A DNA stretch of 40,605 nucleotides from Oscillospiraceae bacterium (GTDB lineage Bacteria; Bacillota_I; Bacilli_A; RFN20; CAG-826), in NCBI GenBank assembly GCA_963647095.1, contig CAVIYC010000002.1, forward strand, positions 1-40,605. The letters run 5' to 3'. The notes under the pieces were generated by a model. It searched no databases, was not told the origin of the DNA, and worked only from the letters and a program-made list of their open reading frames with translations. A program made the translations under genes and the position numbers. Below are positions 28,054-36,417 of the stretch, piece by piece. Numbering within the stretch: the first letter of the stretch is position 1; the number at the start of each line of letters is the position of its first letter.

Positions 28054-28227
28054 TCGTAGGTTATGCGCGCTAGTTCAAAATTGTATGAGCAAATGAGTTT
28101 AAAAATTTTTCGTACGCATTTATTATTGCTAACATTCCAAAAAAGAGGACGACGCACGAAAGCAGGGAAATCCCTACTAAGTGGTTTTTTATCCCTTTGA
28201 GGAAGGAAAGCAAAAGAGGCAAAATCT

Positions 28228-30612
28228 ATGATTAGAGTAGAAAAGAGAGATCATAGCATAGTCGACTTCGACATCACCAAGATCGAAACGGCTATCGGCA
28301 AGGCGTTTGAAGAAGTACATCGCGCCATCGACAAAAGCATTCTCGAATTGTTGGCATTGAGAACAACCGCCAATTTCGACAATAAAGTCAAAGACGGCAT
28401 AATTGCCATCGAAGACATCCAGGACTCCGTAGAAATCGTTTTGATTCAAGCGGGATACGTGGATGTCGCCAGAGCGTATATGAATTATCGTCGCTTGCAT
28501 CAAAATATGCGCGACTTAAAGAAAACCGAGATCAATTACGCGTCTGTGGTTGACAAATATTTGAACTTAAATGACTGGAGAGTCAAAGAGAATTCCACCG
28601 TAACTTATTCGGTTGGCGGTTTGATTTTGTCCAACTCCGGCGCAGTCACCGCCAATTACTGGCTAAGCCAAATATACGACCAGGAGATCGCGGATGCCCA
28701 CAGAAACGCGGACATTCACATCCATGACCTTTCGATGCTCACCGGTTATTGCGCCGGTTGGTCTTTAAAGCAATTGATCCAAGAAGGTTTGGGCGGAGTT
28801 CCCGGAAAGATTACCTCTTCTCCCGCCAAACACTTGATGACTTTATGCAACCAAATGGTCAACTTCTTGGGCATCATGCAGAACGAATGGGCCGGCGCTC
28901 AGGCTTTCTCCAGCTTCGACACCTATCTCGCCCCGTTCGTCAAAGCCGACAATTTGACCTACAAGCAAGTCAAACAATGCATCCAATCCTTTATTTACGG
29001 CGTCAACACCCCATCTCGTTGGGGAACCCAGGCTCCATTTACCAACGTCACCTTGGACTGGACAGTTCCCAACGATATGGCCGAGCTCAACTGCATCGTC
29101 GGCGGCAAGGAAATGGACTTCAAATACAAAGATTGCAAACCTGAGATGGATATGATCAACAAAGCCTTCATCGAAATCATGATCGAGGGCGATTACCATG
29201 GACGTGGTTTCCAATATCCTATCCCCACCTATTCGATCACCCGCGATTTCGACTGGTCGGACACCGAAAACAACCGTTTGTTGTTTGAGATGACCGCCAA
29301 ATACGGAACCCCTTATTTCTCCAACTACATCAATTCCGACATGCAGCCGTCCGATGTCAGATCCATGTGCTGCCGTTTGCGTCTCGATTTGCGTGAATTG
29401 CGCAAGAAGTCCGGCGGTTTCTTCGGCTCTGGCGAATCCACCGGTTCGGTCGGCGTAGTCACCTTAAACATGCCGCGTTTGGCTTATTTGGCTACCGACA
29501 AGAAGGATTTCTTCGATCGTTTGGACAAATTGATGGACATCTCCGCTAGGTCTTTGAACATCAAGCGCAAAGCCATCAACAGTTTCCTTGAAGCTGGTTT
29601 ATATCCTTACACCAAGCATTATCTCGGATCCTTCAACAACCACTTCTCCACCATCGGTTTGGTTGGCATGAACGAAGCGTGCTTGAACGCCCGCTGGATC
29701 AGGAAAGACCTCACTCAGCCCGAAGCCCAGGATTTCACCGAAGAAGTCTTGAACCACATGAGAACCCGTTTGTCCGACTACCAAGAGAAATATGGCGACT
29801 TGTTCAACCTCGAAGCCACCCCGGCCGAATCGACTTCCTATCGTTTGGCCAAGCATGACCGCGAGCGTTATCCGGACATCATCACCGCCGGCGAACCGGG
29901 AGAAACCCCTTATTACACCAACTCTTCCCATTTGCCCGTCGGATATACGGACGACATCTTCTCCGCTTTGGATATCCAAGACCGCTTCCAGACTTTATAT
30001 ACCTCTGGCACCGTCTTCCATACCTTCTTGGGCGAGAAGCTCCCCGATTGGGAATCCACCATGCATTTGGTAAGAACCATCGCCACCAACTATCGCCTGC
30101 CTTATTACACCATGTCTCCGACTTATTCCGTTTGCTCGGAACACGGATATTTGGTCGGCGAAGTCTACAAGTGCCCAATCTGCAAGAGAGACACCGAAGT
30201 TTATTCCAGAATCACCGGCTATTATCGTCCGGTCAGAAACTGGAACGCCGGAAAATCTCAGGAATTCAAAGATCGCAAGACTTATGATCTCAACCGTTCC
30301 AGATCGCATGACGGCATAGTCTTCGGCGAATCTTTGGCCGGAGAAACCAAGTGCGAGAAAAAGACTCCGAAATTAACCGAACCGACTTTGTTCACTACGC
30401 CGACTTGCCCGAATTGCAAAATGGCGAAGAGAATGCTCGATTTGAATGGCGTCGCTTATAAGAACGTCGATGCCCTCGCAAACAAAGACCAAGCCATCGC
30501 CTTTGGAATCGTCAAAGCTCCAACTTTGTTGGTTCCGACTGAAAATGGCGAATTCGAAGTCTTCGAAAACGCTTCGAACATCAAGGGTTACATTGAGTCT
30601 TTGAAGAAATAA
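28228..30612 (+). CDS. nrdD: Anaerobic (class III) ribonucleoside-triphosphate reductase with C-terminal glutaredoxin-like domain
   Basis: 794 aa. N-terminal ATP-cone (MIRVEKRDHSIVDFDITKIETAI), finger-loop SMCCRL, Zn site ...KCPICK, glycyl-radical motif RITGYYRP (Gly codon at 30217-30219). Then a ~75-aa thioredoxin-fold tail, TLFTTPTCPNCKMAKRMLDLNGVAYKNVD...APTLLVP..., with CPNC at 30406-30417. Confidence 0.93.
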   Translation: MIRVEKRDHSIVDFDITKIETAIGKAFEEVHRAIDKSILELLALRTTANFDNKVKDGIIAIEDIQDSVEIVLIQAGYVDVARAYMNYRRLHQNMRDLKKTEINYASVVDKYLNLNDWRVKENSTVTYSVGGLILSNSGAVTANYWLSQIYDQEIADAHRNADIHIHDLSMLTGYCAGWSLKQLIQEGLGGVPGKITSSPAKHLMTLCNQMVNFLGIMQNEWAGAQAFSSFDTYLAPFVKADNLTYKQVKQCIQSFIYGVNTPSRWGTQAPFTNVTLDWTVPNDMAELNCIVGGKEMDFKYKDCKPEMDMINKAFIEIMIEGDYHGRGFQYPIPTYSITRDFDWSDTENNRLLFEMTAKYGTPYFSNYINSDMQPSDVRSMCCRLRLDLRELRKKSGGFFGSGESTGSVGVVTLNMPRLAYLATDKKDFFDRLDKLMDISARSLNIKRKAINSFLEAGLYPYTKHYLGSFNNHFSTIGLVGMNEACLNARWIRKDLTQPEAQDFTEEVLNHMRTRLSDYQEKYGDLFNLEATPAESTSYRLAKHDRERYPDIITAGEPGETPYYTNSSHLPVGYTDDIFSALDIQDRFQTLYTSGTVFHTFLGEKLPDWESTMHLVRTIATNYRLPYYTMSPTYSVCSEHGYLVGEVYKCPICKRDTEVYSRITGYYRPVRNWNAGKSQEFKDRKTYDLNRSRSHDGIVFGESLAGETKCEKKTPKLTEPTLFTTPTCPNCKMAKRMLDLNGVAYKNVDALANKDQAIAFGIVKAPTLLVPTENGEFEVFENASNIKGYIESLKK

Positions 30613-31526
30613 TGACCGATATAATCATCATCGGGGGAGGGCCCGCAGCATTGACTGCGGCCCTTTATTCCCTAAGGTCCGGCCGTTCGGTTCTCTTGTT
30701 GGAGAAAGAGAGCTTCGGGGGGCAAATCGCCGATTCCCCCAAGGTTGAGAACTTCCCATCCCAAAAATCATTGTCCGGCGTCGATTTGGTCGAAAAGATG
30801 TTCGAGCAAGTCGATGCGTTGGGAATGAGCTTCGAATTGGACGAAGCCTTGTCCATCGAAAAAGAAGGGAACGTCTTCACCGTCAAAGGAAATTATGGCG
30901 AATACAAAGCCAAATCCGTCATCATCGCCAATGGCGTCAAACATCGCCATCTGAACATCGAAGGCGAGGAAAAATACATCGGTTCCGGCATATCTTTCTG
31001 CGCCGTGTGCGACGGAGCCTTCTTCAAAGATCAGCCAGTCACGGTCATCGGAGACGCCAATTCGGCCTTGCAATATGCCATATCCTTGGCCAAAACCTCC
31101 ACTTACGTGAATGTCGTCACCTTATTTGACCATTTCTTCGCCGACCCAATCTTAATAGACGCGCTTAAGGCTTTGCCCAACGTTAATATCTATCACAACA
31201 AGAACGCTTTCCTCTTTTATGGGGAAAACGGCAAATTGACCGGCGTCAAATTCAAAGACACCCAAACCGACGAAGTGTTGGACATCCAAACTCCGGGCGT
31301 ATTCGTGGCCATTGGGCAAATCCCGGACAACGAGAGATTCTCCAACGTCTGCGATCTCGAAAAAGGATTCTTCCTTGTCGACGAGAATATGGCGTCCAAA
31401 ACCCCTGGCTTATTCGTGGCCGGGGATTGCCGAAAGAAAAAAATTCGCCAGCTTACCACGGCTTGCTCCGATGGAGCCATCGCCGCCTTAAGCGCGAATT
31501 CTTATCTCTTCACTTTGAAAGATTGA
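30612..31526 (+). CDS. Thioredoxin-reductase-family flavoprotein lacking canonical NADPH-binding motifs
   Basis: 304 aa. FAD motif IIIIGGGPAALTAALY, redox CAVC in GISFCAVCDGAFF, and C-terminal GLFVAGDCR. The second GxGxxA is GDANSA, and the HRRDxxRA site reads TLFDHFFA. The start ATG overlaps the nrdD TAA (TAATG). Confidence 0.85.
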   Translation: MTDIIIIGGGPAALTAALYSLRSGRSVLLLEKESFGGQIADSPKVENFPSQKSLSGVDLVEKMFEQVDALGMSFELDEALSIEKEGNVFTVKGNYGEYKAKSVIIANGVKHRHLNIEGEEKYIGSGISFCAVCDGAFFKDQPVTVIGDANSALQYAISLAKTSTYVNVVTLFDHFFADPILIDALKALPNVNIYHNKNAFLFYGENGKLTGVKFKDTQTDEVLDIQTPGVFVAIGQIPDNERFSNVCDLEKGFFLVDENMASKTPGLFVAGDCRKKKIRQLTTACSDGAIAALSANSYLFTLKD

Positions 31527-32216
31527 TCAATAGCCACGCAACTTGGTGGGTATCCCATTGTCGTTGAGGATATCCATGAAACGCGTGGCTTTTTCTTTGC
31601 TCACTTCATGAAAGCCGCGTTCGATGCAATGCTCGGAATCGATGTAATGCTGAAGGAACATTTTCTTCGCCCCTTTGATCAACAAAGCCATCTCTTTGAT
31701 GCTTTTTTCATCATGGAATTCGTCGATTATGGTCGTTCTGAATTCATAATCCGGCATGCTTTTTATCAAAGCGATGGATTGTTTGATTTTGTCCATATCG
31801 ACTTTTTCCAAGCCTATGGTTTGCGGATACCTGCTTTCGGAATTCTTTATATCCATCGCGACGTAATTGAGAAGATTTTGATCCAATAAGCGTTTCAAAA
31901 CGTCGGGATTCGAGCCATTCGTATCCAATTTGACGTCGTAGCCCAAGGCTTTGATATCCCTTATCTTTTCTTCTAAGTCCGGCATCAAAGTCGGTTCCCC
32001 GCCGGTAATGCAAACCCCATCCAAGACGCCTTGGCGTTTCTTTAGATAAGCCAAAAGCTCATCCCAAGAAATCTTTATCGTTTCGTTCGGCCTTAAAACC
32101 AAATCGGAATTATGGCAAAAGGGGCAGCGGAAGTTGCATCCTGCCGTAAAGAAGGTGGTCGCGATATGTTTGTCGTAATCCACCAAGGTGAGTTTTAGCC
32201 AGCCGGAGAAGTCCAA
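31527..32216 (-). CDS. nrdG: Anaerobic RNR activating enzyme (radical SAM)
   Basis: 229 aa. LVDYDKHIATTFFTAGCNFRCPFCHN (CxxxCxxC) and CITGGEPTL. Start codon is TTG (32214-32216) with GAGGG 6 nt upstream, inside the copA 3' end. Confidence 0.88.
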   Translation of the reverse strand: MDFSGWLKLTLVDYDKHIATTFFTAGCNFRCPFCHNSDLVLRPNETIKISWDELLAYLKKRQGVLDGVCITGGEPTLMPDLEEKIRDIKALGYDVKLDTNGSNPDVLKRLLDQNLLNYVAMDIKNSESRYPQTIGLEKVDMDKIKQSIALIKSMPDYEFRTTIIDEFHDEKSIKEMALLIKGAKKMFLQHYIDSEHCIERGFHEVSKEKATRFMDILNDNGIPTKLRGY

Positions 32217-32218
32217 AA

Positions 32219-34726
32219 TCAGCCCTCAATCACTTTATAGCCGGCGTCTTCGATCGCCTTGGCCAATTTCGCGTCTTTGACGTCTTTGCTCAAGGTGACG
32301 ACGACTTTGTTGGCGTTACGATCGGCCACGGCTTTTTCGACGCCTCTGACCTTTTCCAAGGCTTCTTTGACGTGGTTCTCGCAATGTTCGCACATCATTC
32401 CTTCCACATTGAATGTTTTTTCCATAGTTATAGCTCCTTTGTGTTTTTTGTTCTTTTTGGGATGATCGTGGCTTTTATTATAAACCTTGACTAAGTTAAG
32501 ACGTAGGGCGTTAAGCACGACGCAGACGCTTGACAAAGCCATGGCCGCGGCGCCGATCATCGGATTCATCGCCCAACCCCAGAGGAAATAGAACGCTCCG
32601 GCGGCAACGGGGATGCATATCGCGTTATAAAAGAACGCCCAGAACAGATTTTCTTTGATGTTTAATAAAGCTCTCCTCGAAAGCCTTATTGCGGCCGGAA
32701 CGGAAGCAAGCGTCTTTCTGCTCAACACCACTTCGGCGGATTCTATGGCGATATCCGTGCCGTTTGATATGCCTATACCAATATTGGCGGATGTTAAAGC
32801 CGGCGCGTCGTTTATGCCATCTCCCACCATTATCACTTTGCCTTCTTTTTGATAACGGCGAACCACTTCTTCCTTTTGGTCTGGCTTAACCTCGGCGATG
32901 ACTTCGTCAATACCGATTTTCGAAGCGATGGAGGCAGCCGTCCCATAGCTATCGCCGGTAAGCATTATGGGCTTGATGCCCAAACCCTTTAATTGGGATA
33001 TCGCTTCTTTGGCGTCCTCCCTAACGGTGTCGGAGATGGCAAACATCGCGCATAATTTGCCGTTTTCTTCCAAAAACACAGAGGTATTGCCTTCTTTTCC
33101 CAATTCCGTGGCTTTTTCTTTGATTGCTTCAGGTATCGAACACTTCTCGCTTATAAAAGACAAGTTTCCTATCGAATAAAGCTTGCCATCGATCTTCGCG
33201 GATATCCCGTTTCCGACATATGTTTTATAATCGGACAATTCCTTGAATTCGCTGAATCCACCATAATCGACGATGGCTTTGGCCAATGGGTGTTCGGATT
33301 TGGATTCCAATGAGCAAGCGATGCGTAAGATATCTTCATTGTTGGAATAATTTTCGAACACGTTGACCTTTGGGATTCCCAAAGTGATCGTGCCGGTTTT
33401 GTCGAATATGACGAAATCACATTTCCCAGTTTCCTCTATTGCCTCGGCGGTCTTAAAGAGAATTCCGTTTTTCGCGCCTTTCCCAGATGCCACCATGATG
33501 GCTACAGGAGTGGCCAATCCCAAAGCGCATGGGCAAGCGATGACCAAGACGGATATGCCTCTGGCTAAAGCAAACGCCACCCAGCTCGTATTCGCATCCG
33601 GCGAGCCGTTTATTCCGCCATAAATCAGCCATGCGGATAAAACGATAATCGCGATCAACATGATTACCGGGACGAAAACATAAGACACTTTGTCGGCGAT
33701 TTTGGAGATTGGCGCCTTGCTGCTGTTGGCGTCGTTTACCATTTTGACTATTTGAGACAAAGTCGTGTCCTCTCCGACCTTATCGGCTTTGCAAACGACA
33801 TATCCGGATTTCAATATCGTTCCCGAAAACACGTCGGATCCTTCCCCTTTGTCATTCGGGATCGATTCGCCGGTCAAGGCGGACTCATCAAACGAGCCTT
33901 CGCCTTTTATGATCTTTCCATCCACCGGAACGGAAGAGCCGGCCTTAAGGATGAATTCGTCTCCGACCTTGACTTCTTCGAGCAAGACTTCTTTTTCTAC
34001 ACCATCAACTAACAAAATCGCGGTTTTGGGTGCCAAATCCATTAACTCTTTCAAGGCGTTCGTGGTCTTTCCTTTGGATAACGATTCCAAGGTTTTCCCG
34101 ATGGCAATCAAAGCCGGAATCATGGCCGCCGTTTCGAAATATAATCCATGGATGTATTTCATGGATAATTCCATATTTCCGTTTTGATACGCCACGCCGG
34201 CAAGGATGGTGATAACCAAAGAATAGATAAAGGATGCGCTGCTGCCTAGGGCCACCAATGAATCCATATTGGGATGCAAACGGAAAAGGCTCTTATATCC
34301 CGAGGTGAAAAATCTGTAATTTATGCCCATGACGATAAGGGCGATTGCCATTTCCAATATGCCCATCCAGAAAGGATTTTCTTCGAATAAATCGGGCACT
34401 GGCCATTTGAGCATCGTATGCCCCATGGAGAAATACATCAAAACAATCAAGAAAACGAAAGAGAGAACCAAGCGGATTATCATCTTTTTGGTTTCTGAGT
34501 CTTTTTCTTTTTTCTTTGTCTGCCCATCTTTTAAGCTCGCCCCATAACCGGCTTTCTTAACGGCCTTGATGATGCTCTCATCCGAGGCCGAGCCTTCCAC
34601 CGTCATGGAGTTAGTCAAGAGGTTGACCGTGACGGAAGTGACTCCTTTTACTTTCAAAACCGCTCTTTCGACATGCGCTTGGCATGCGGCGCAAGTCATT
34701 CCGGTAACGTTGTAATTCTTAGCCAT
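32219..34726 (-). CDS. copA: Copper-translocating P1B-type ATPase with N- and C-terminal HMA domains
   Basis: 835 aa. N-terminal GMTCAACQAHV, TM CPC motif IACPCALGLATP, DKTGTIT, GDGINDAP, and C-terminal HMA MEKTFNVEGMMCEHCENHV. Confidence 0.95.
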   Translation of the reverse strand: MAKNYNVTGMTCAACQAHVERAVLKVKGVTSVTVNLLTNSMTVEGSASDESIIKAVKKAGYGASLKDGQTKKKEKDSETKKMIIRLVLSFVFLIVLMYFSMGHTMLKWPVPDLFEENPFWMGILEMAIALIVMGINYRFFTSGYKSLFRLHPNMDSLVALGSSASFIYSLVITILAGVAYQNGNMELSMKYIHGLYFETAAMIPALIAIGKTLESLSKGKTTNALKELMDLAPKTAILLVDGVEKEVLLEEVKVGDEFILKAGSSVPVDGKIIKGEGSFDESALTGESIPNDKGEGSDVFSGTILKSGYVVCKADKVGEDTTLSQIVKMVNDANSSKAPISKIADKVSYVFVPVIMLIAIIVLSAWLIYGGINGSPDANTSWVAFALARGISVLVIACPCALGLATPVAIMVASGKGAKNGILFKTAEAIEETGKCDFVIFDKTGTITLGIPKVNVFENYSNNEDILRIACSLESKSEHPLAKAIVDYGGFSEFKELSDYKTYVGNGISAKIDGKLYSIGNLSFISEKCSIPEAIKEKATELGKEGNTSVFLEENGKLCAMFAISDTVREDAKEAISQLKGLGIKPIMLTGDSYGTAASIASKIGIDEVIAEVKPDQKEEVVRRYQKEGKVIMVGDGINDAPALTSANIGIGISNGTDIAIESAEVVLSRKTLASVPAAIRLSRRALLNIKENLFWAFFYNAICIPVAAGAFYFLWGWAMNPMIGAAAMALSSVCVVLNALRLNLVKVYNKSHDHPKKNKKHKGAITMEKTFNVEGMMCEHCENHVKEALEKVRGVEKAVADRNANKVVVTLSKDVKDAKLAKAIEDAGYKVIEG

Positions 34727-34730
34727 AATC

Positions 34731-35030
34731 TTATTTCATCAGCTTTTCCAGCAAATCGGCCAATTCGTTCAACGAATCTTCCGATCCCGCTTTGACGTCG
34801 TTATAAACGCAGGAATGCATATGCGACGCTATCAGTTCTTTGTTTAAGGAGTTCAAGGCGTTTTGGGCCGCGGAAACCTGTCGGATGATATCCACGCAAT
34901 ATGCATTATCTTCCAACATCTTCTTAATTCCCCTGACTTGGCCTTCGATCCTTGAGCATCTATCTAGCAATCTCTTCAATTCTTTTTCGTCTCTGGCCGT
35001 TTTTCTTTCGCACATCGGACAATGTTCCAT
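34731..35030 (-). CDS. csoR: CsoR-family copper-sensing transcriptional repressor
   Basis: 99 aa from the ATG at 35028-35030 (MEHCPMCERK...). IEGQVRGIKKMLEDNAYCVDIIRQ and SHMHSCV (C-H-C ligand pattern). GAGGTG SD. 4 nt upstream of copA. Confidence 0.88.
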   Translation of the reverse strand: MEHCPMCERKTARDEKELKRLLDRCSRIEGQVRGIKKMLEDNAYCVDIIRQVSAAQNALNSLNKELIASHMHSCVYNDVKAGSEDSLNELADLLEKLMK

Positions 35031-35048
35031 AAAAATCACCTCGTTAAG

Positions 35049-35078
35049 AATATACCCCCCATAGGTATATAAAAGCAA
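35049..35078 (-). promoter_or_regulatory. csoR-copA promoter with CsoR-type operator
   Basis: Minus strand: TTGCTT (35073-35078), 18-nt spacer, TATATT (35049-35054). The spacer and -10 carry ATATACC-tatgggg-GGTATAT (35050-35070), i.e. an ATACC...GGTAT inverted repeat with a G tract, as in described CsoR operators. Confidence 0.65.
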
Positions 35079-35079
35079 T

Positions 35080-35127
35080 AAAAAGAAAACGCCTTTTTCT
35101 CAAAAATCATATGAGATTGAGGCGTTT
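35080..35127 (-). terminator. Putative terminator after trpS
   Basis: AAACGCCT (35087-35094) / AGGCGTTT (35120-35127), an 8-bp stem with a 25-nt loop that has an inner TCTCA/TGAGA stem. On the minus strand it is followed by TCTTTTTATT. Confidence 0.55.
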
Positions 35128-35132
35128 ATGGA

Positions 35133-36281
35133 TCATTTCTTTTGCTTAGCCAAGAACGCGGCGAGTTTTTCCTCTTCCTCGTGCTTTTTCTTGAAGGCTT
35201 TGGATTGCTTCTCGATCATTTTGCGGTTATTGAAGTAATCCACGCCCAAAGCCCTTCTGACGCGAATGACGGTTTGATGGGCTTTTTCTTCGGCTTTTTT
35301 GGAACCTTCGGCCAAAATCTGATAAATGGCCGGAATGTCGTTTTCCAATTCGTGGCGTTTCTTTCTTATCGGCTCCAAAATGTCATTCAAGACCGAAGCC
35401 AAGAAACGTTTGACGGTCACATCTCCCAAGCCTCCGCGCTCATAATGGGCCTTCAATTCTTCGAGATTCTTATATTCCGGAAGGTATTTGGCAAAATGTT
35501 CGTCGGTCGCGAACGCTTCCAAATAGATGAATACCGGATTGTTTTCGGTGTGTCCCGGATCGTTGATGTTCAAATGGGTCTCGTCGGTATACATCGACAT
35601 GACTTTCTTCGTGACCGTTTTTTCATCGTCGGAAAGGTAGATGCAGTTGCCCAAGGACTTGGACATCTTGGCCTTTCCATCCGTTCCTGGCAAACGCCTG
35701 GCATATTCTTTTTTGGAAAGCATGATTTCGGGCTCAACCAAAGTCTCGCCGTATAAGCTATTGAATTTATGGACTATTTCGTTGGCTTGCTCGATCATCG
35801 GCTTTTGGTCTTCTCCAGCCGGGACCACCGTCGCATCAAAAGCGACGATATCCGCGGTTTGGGAAACGGGATAAGCCAAGAAACCGGCGGGGATGGAATC
35901 GGAGAATCCGCGGCTGACCAATTCGGATTTGACGGTCGGGTTCCTTTCCAAACGCGAAACGGTTACCAAATCCATGAAATAGGAAGTCAGCTCAAATAAT
36001 TCAGGAACGGCGGATTGAACGAAGATGGTGACTTTGTTGGGATCCAAGCCGGCGGAAAGATAATCCAAGGCAACTTCGATTACGTTGTCCCTGACTTTCT
36101 GAGGCACGCCGAAATTGTCGGTCAAGGCTTGGGTGTCGGCGATCATGACGTACATTTCGTCAAAGTCGCCGCTATTTTGAAGCTCGACCCTATTTCTTAA
36201 GGATCCGACGTAATGGCCCAAGTGCAATCTTCCGGTAGGGCGGTCGCCGGTCAACATTATCTTTTTCTTTTCTTCATTCAT
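35133..36281 (-). CDS. trpS: Tryptophan--tRNA ligase with Lys/Glu-rich C-terminal extension
   Basis: 382 aa. HIGH-type GRLHLGHYVG, KMSKS (AKMSKSLGN), and IADTQALTD. About 40 extra C-terminal residues (KKKHEEEEKLAAFLAKQKK). Confidence 0.92.
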   Translation of the reverse strand: MNEEKKKIMLTGDRPTGRLHLGHYVGSLRNRVELQNSGDFDEMYVMIADTQALTDNFGVPQKVRDNVIEVALDYLSAGLDPNKVTIFVQSAVPELFELTSYFMDLVTVSRLERNPTVKSELVSRGFSDSIPAGFLAYPVSQTADIVAFDATVVPAGEDQKPMIEQANEIVHKFNSLYGETLVEPEIMLSKKEYARRLPGTDGKAKMSKSLGNCIYLSDDEKTVTKKVMSMYTDETHLNINDPGHTENNPVFIYLEAFATDEHFAKYLPEYKNLEELKAHYERGGLGDVTVKRFLASVLNDILEPIRKKRHELENDIPAIYQILAEGSKKAEEKAHQTVIRVRRALGVDYFNNRKMIEKQSKAFKKKHEEEEKLAAFLAKQKK

Positions 36282-36389
36282 AATCTTTTGTTATCTTCCA
36301 TAGAAAGTTCTGCTATTTAAAAATAGAAGGTCCTAAATCAAGGCATTTTACACTATACCATCTAATTTCTTTTATTTGCGAAAATTTGG

Positions 36390-36417
36390 TTGCACTATGC
36401 CTTTTCGTCTTTATAAT
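36390..36417 (+). promoter_or_regulatory. Promoter of hppA
   Basis: TTGCAC (36390-36395), 16-nt spacer, TATAAT (36412-36417). GGGAGGGAAG SD before the ATG at 36468. Confidence 0.6.

Noticed and set aside
27948-28157. 69-aa minus-strand ORF in the nrdD upstream region
   Set aside because: It has no SD, odd composition (Cys/Phe/Lys-rich) and no recognisable family, and it lies in AT-rich regulatory DNA. Probably non-coding, though a small protein cannot be excluded.
27829-28227. NrdR boxes or a cobalamin riboswitch upstream of nrdD
   Set aside because: I looked for paired 16-bp acaCwAtATaTwGtgt-like palindromes and for a B12-box. Only partial ATAT-centred matches were found, with no tandem pair at helical phasing and no B12-box.
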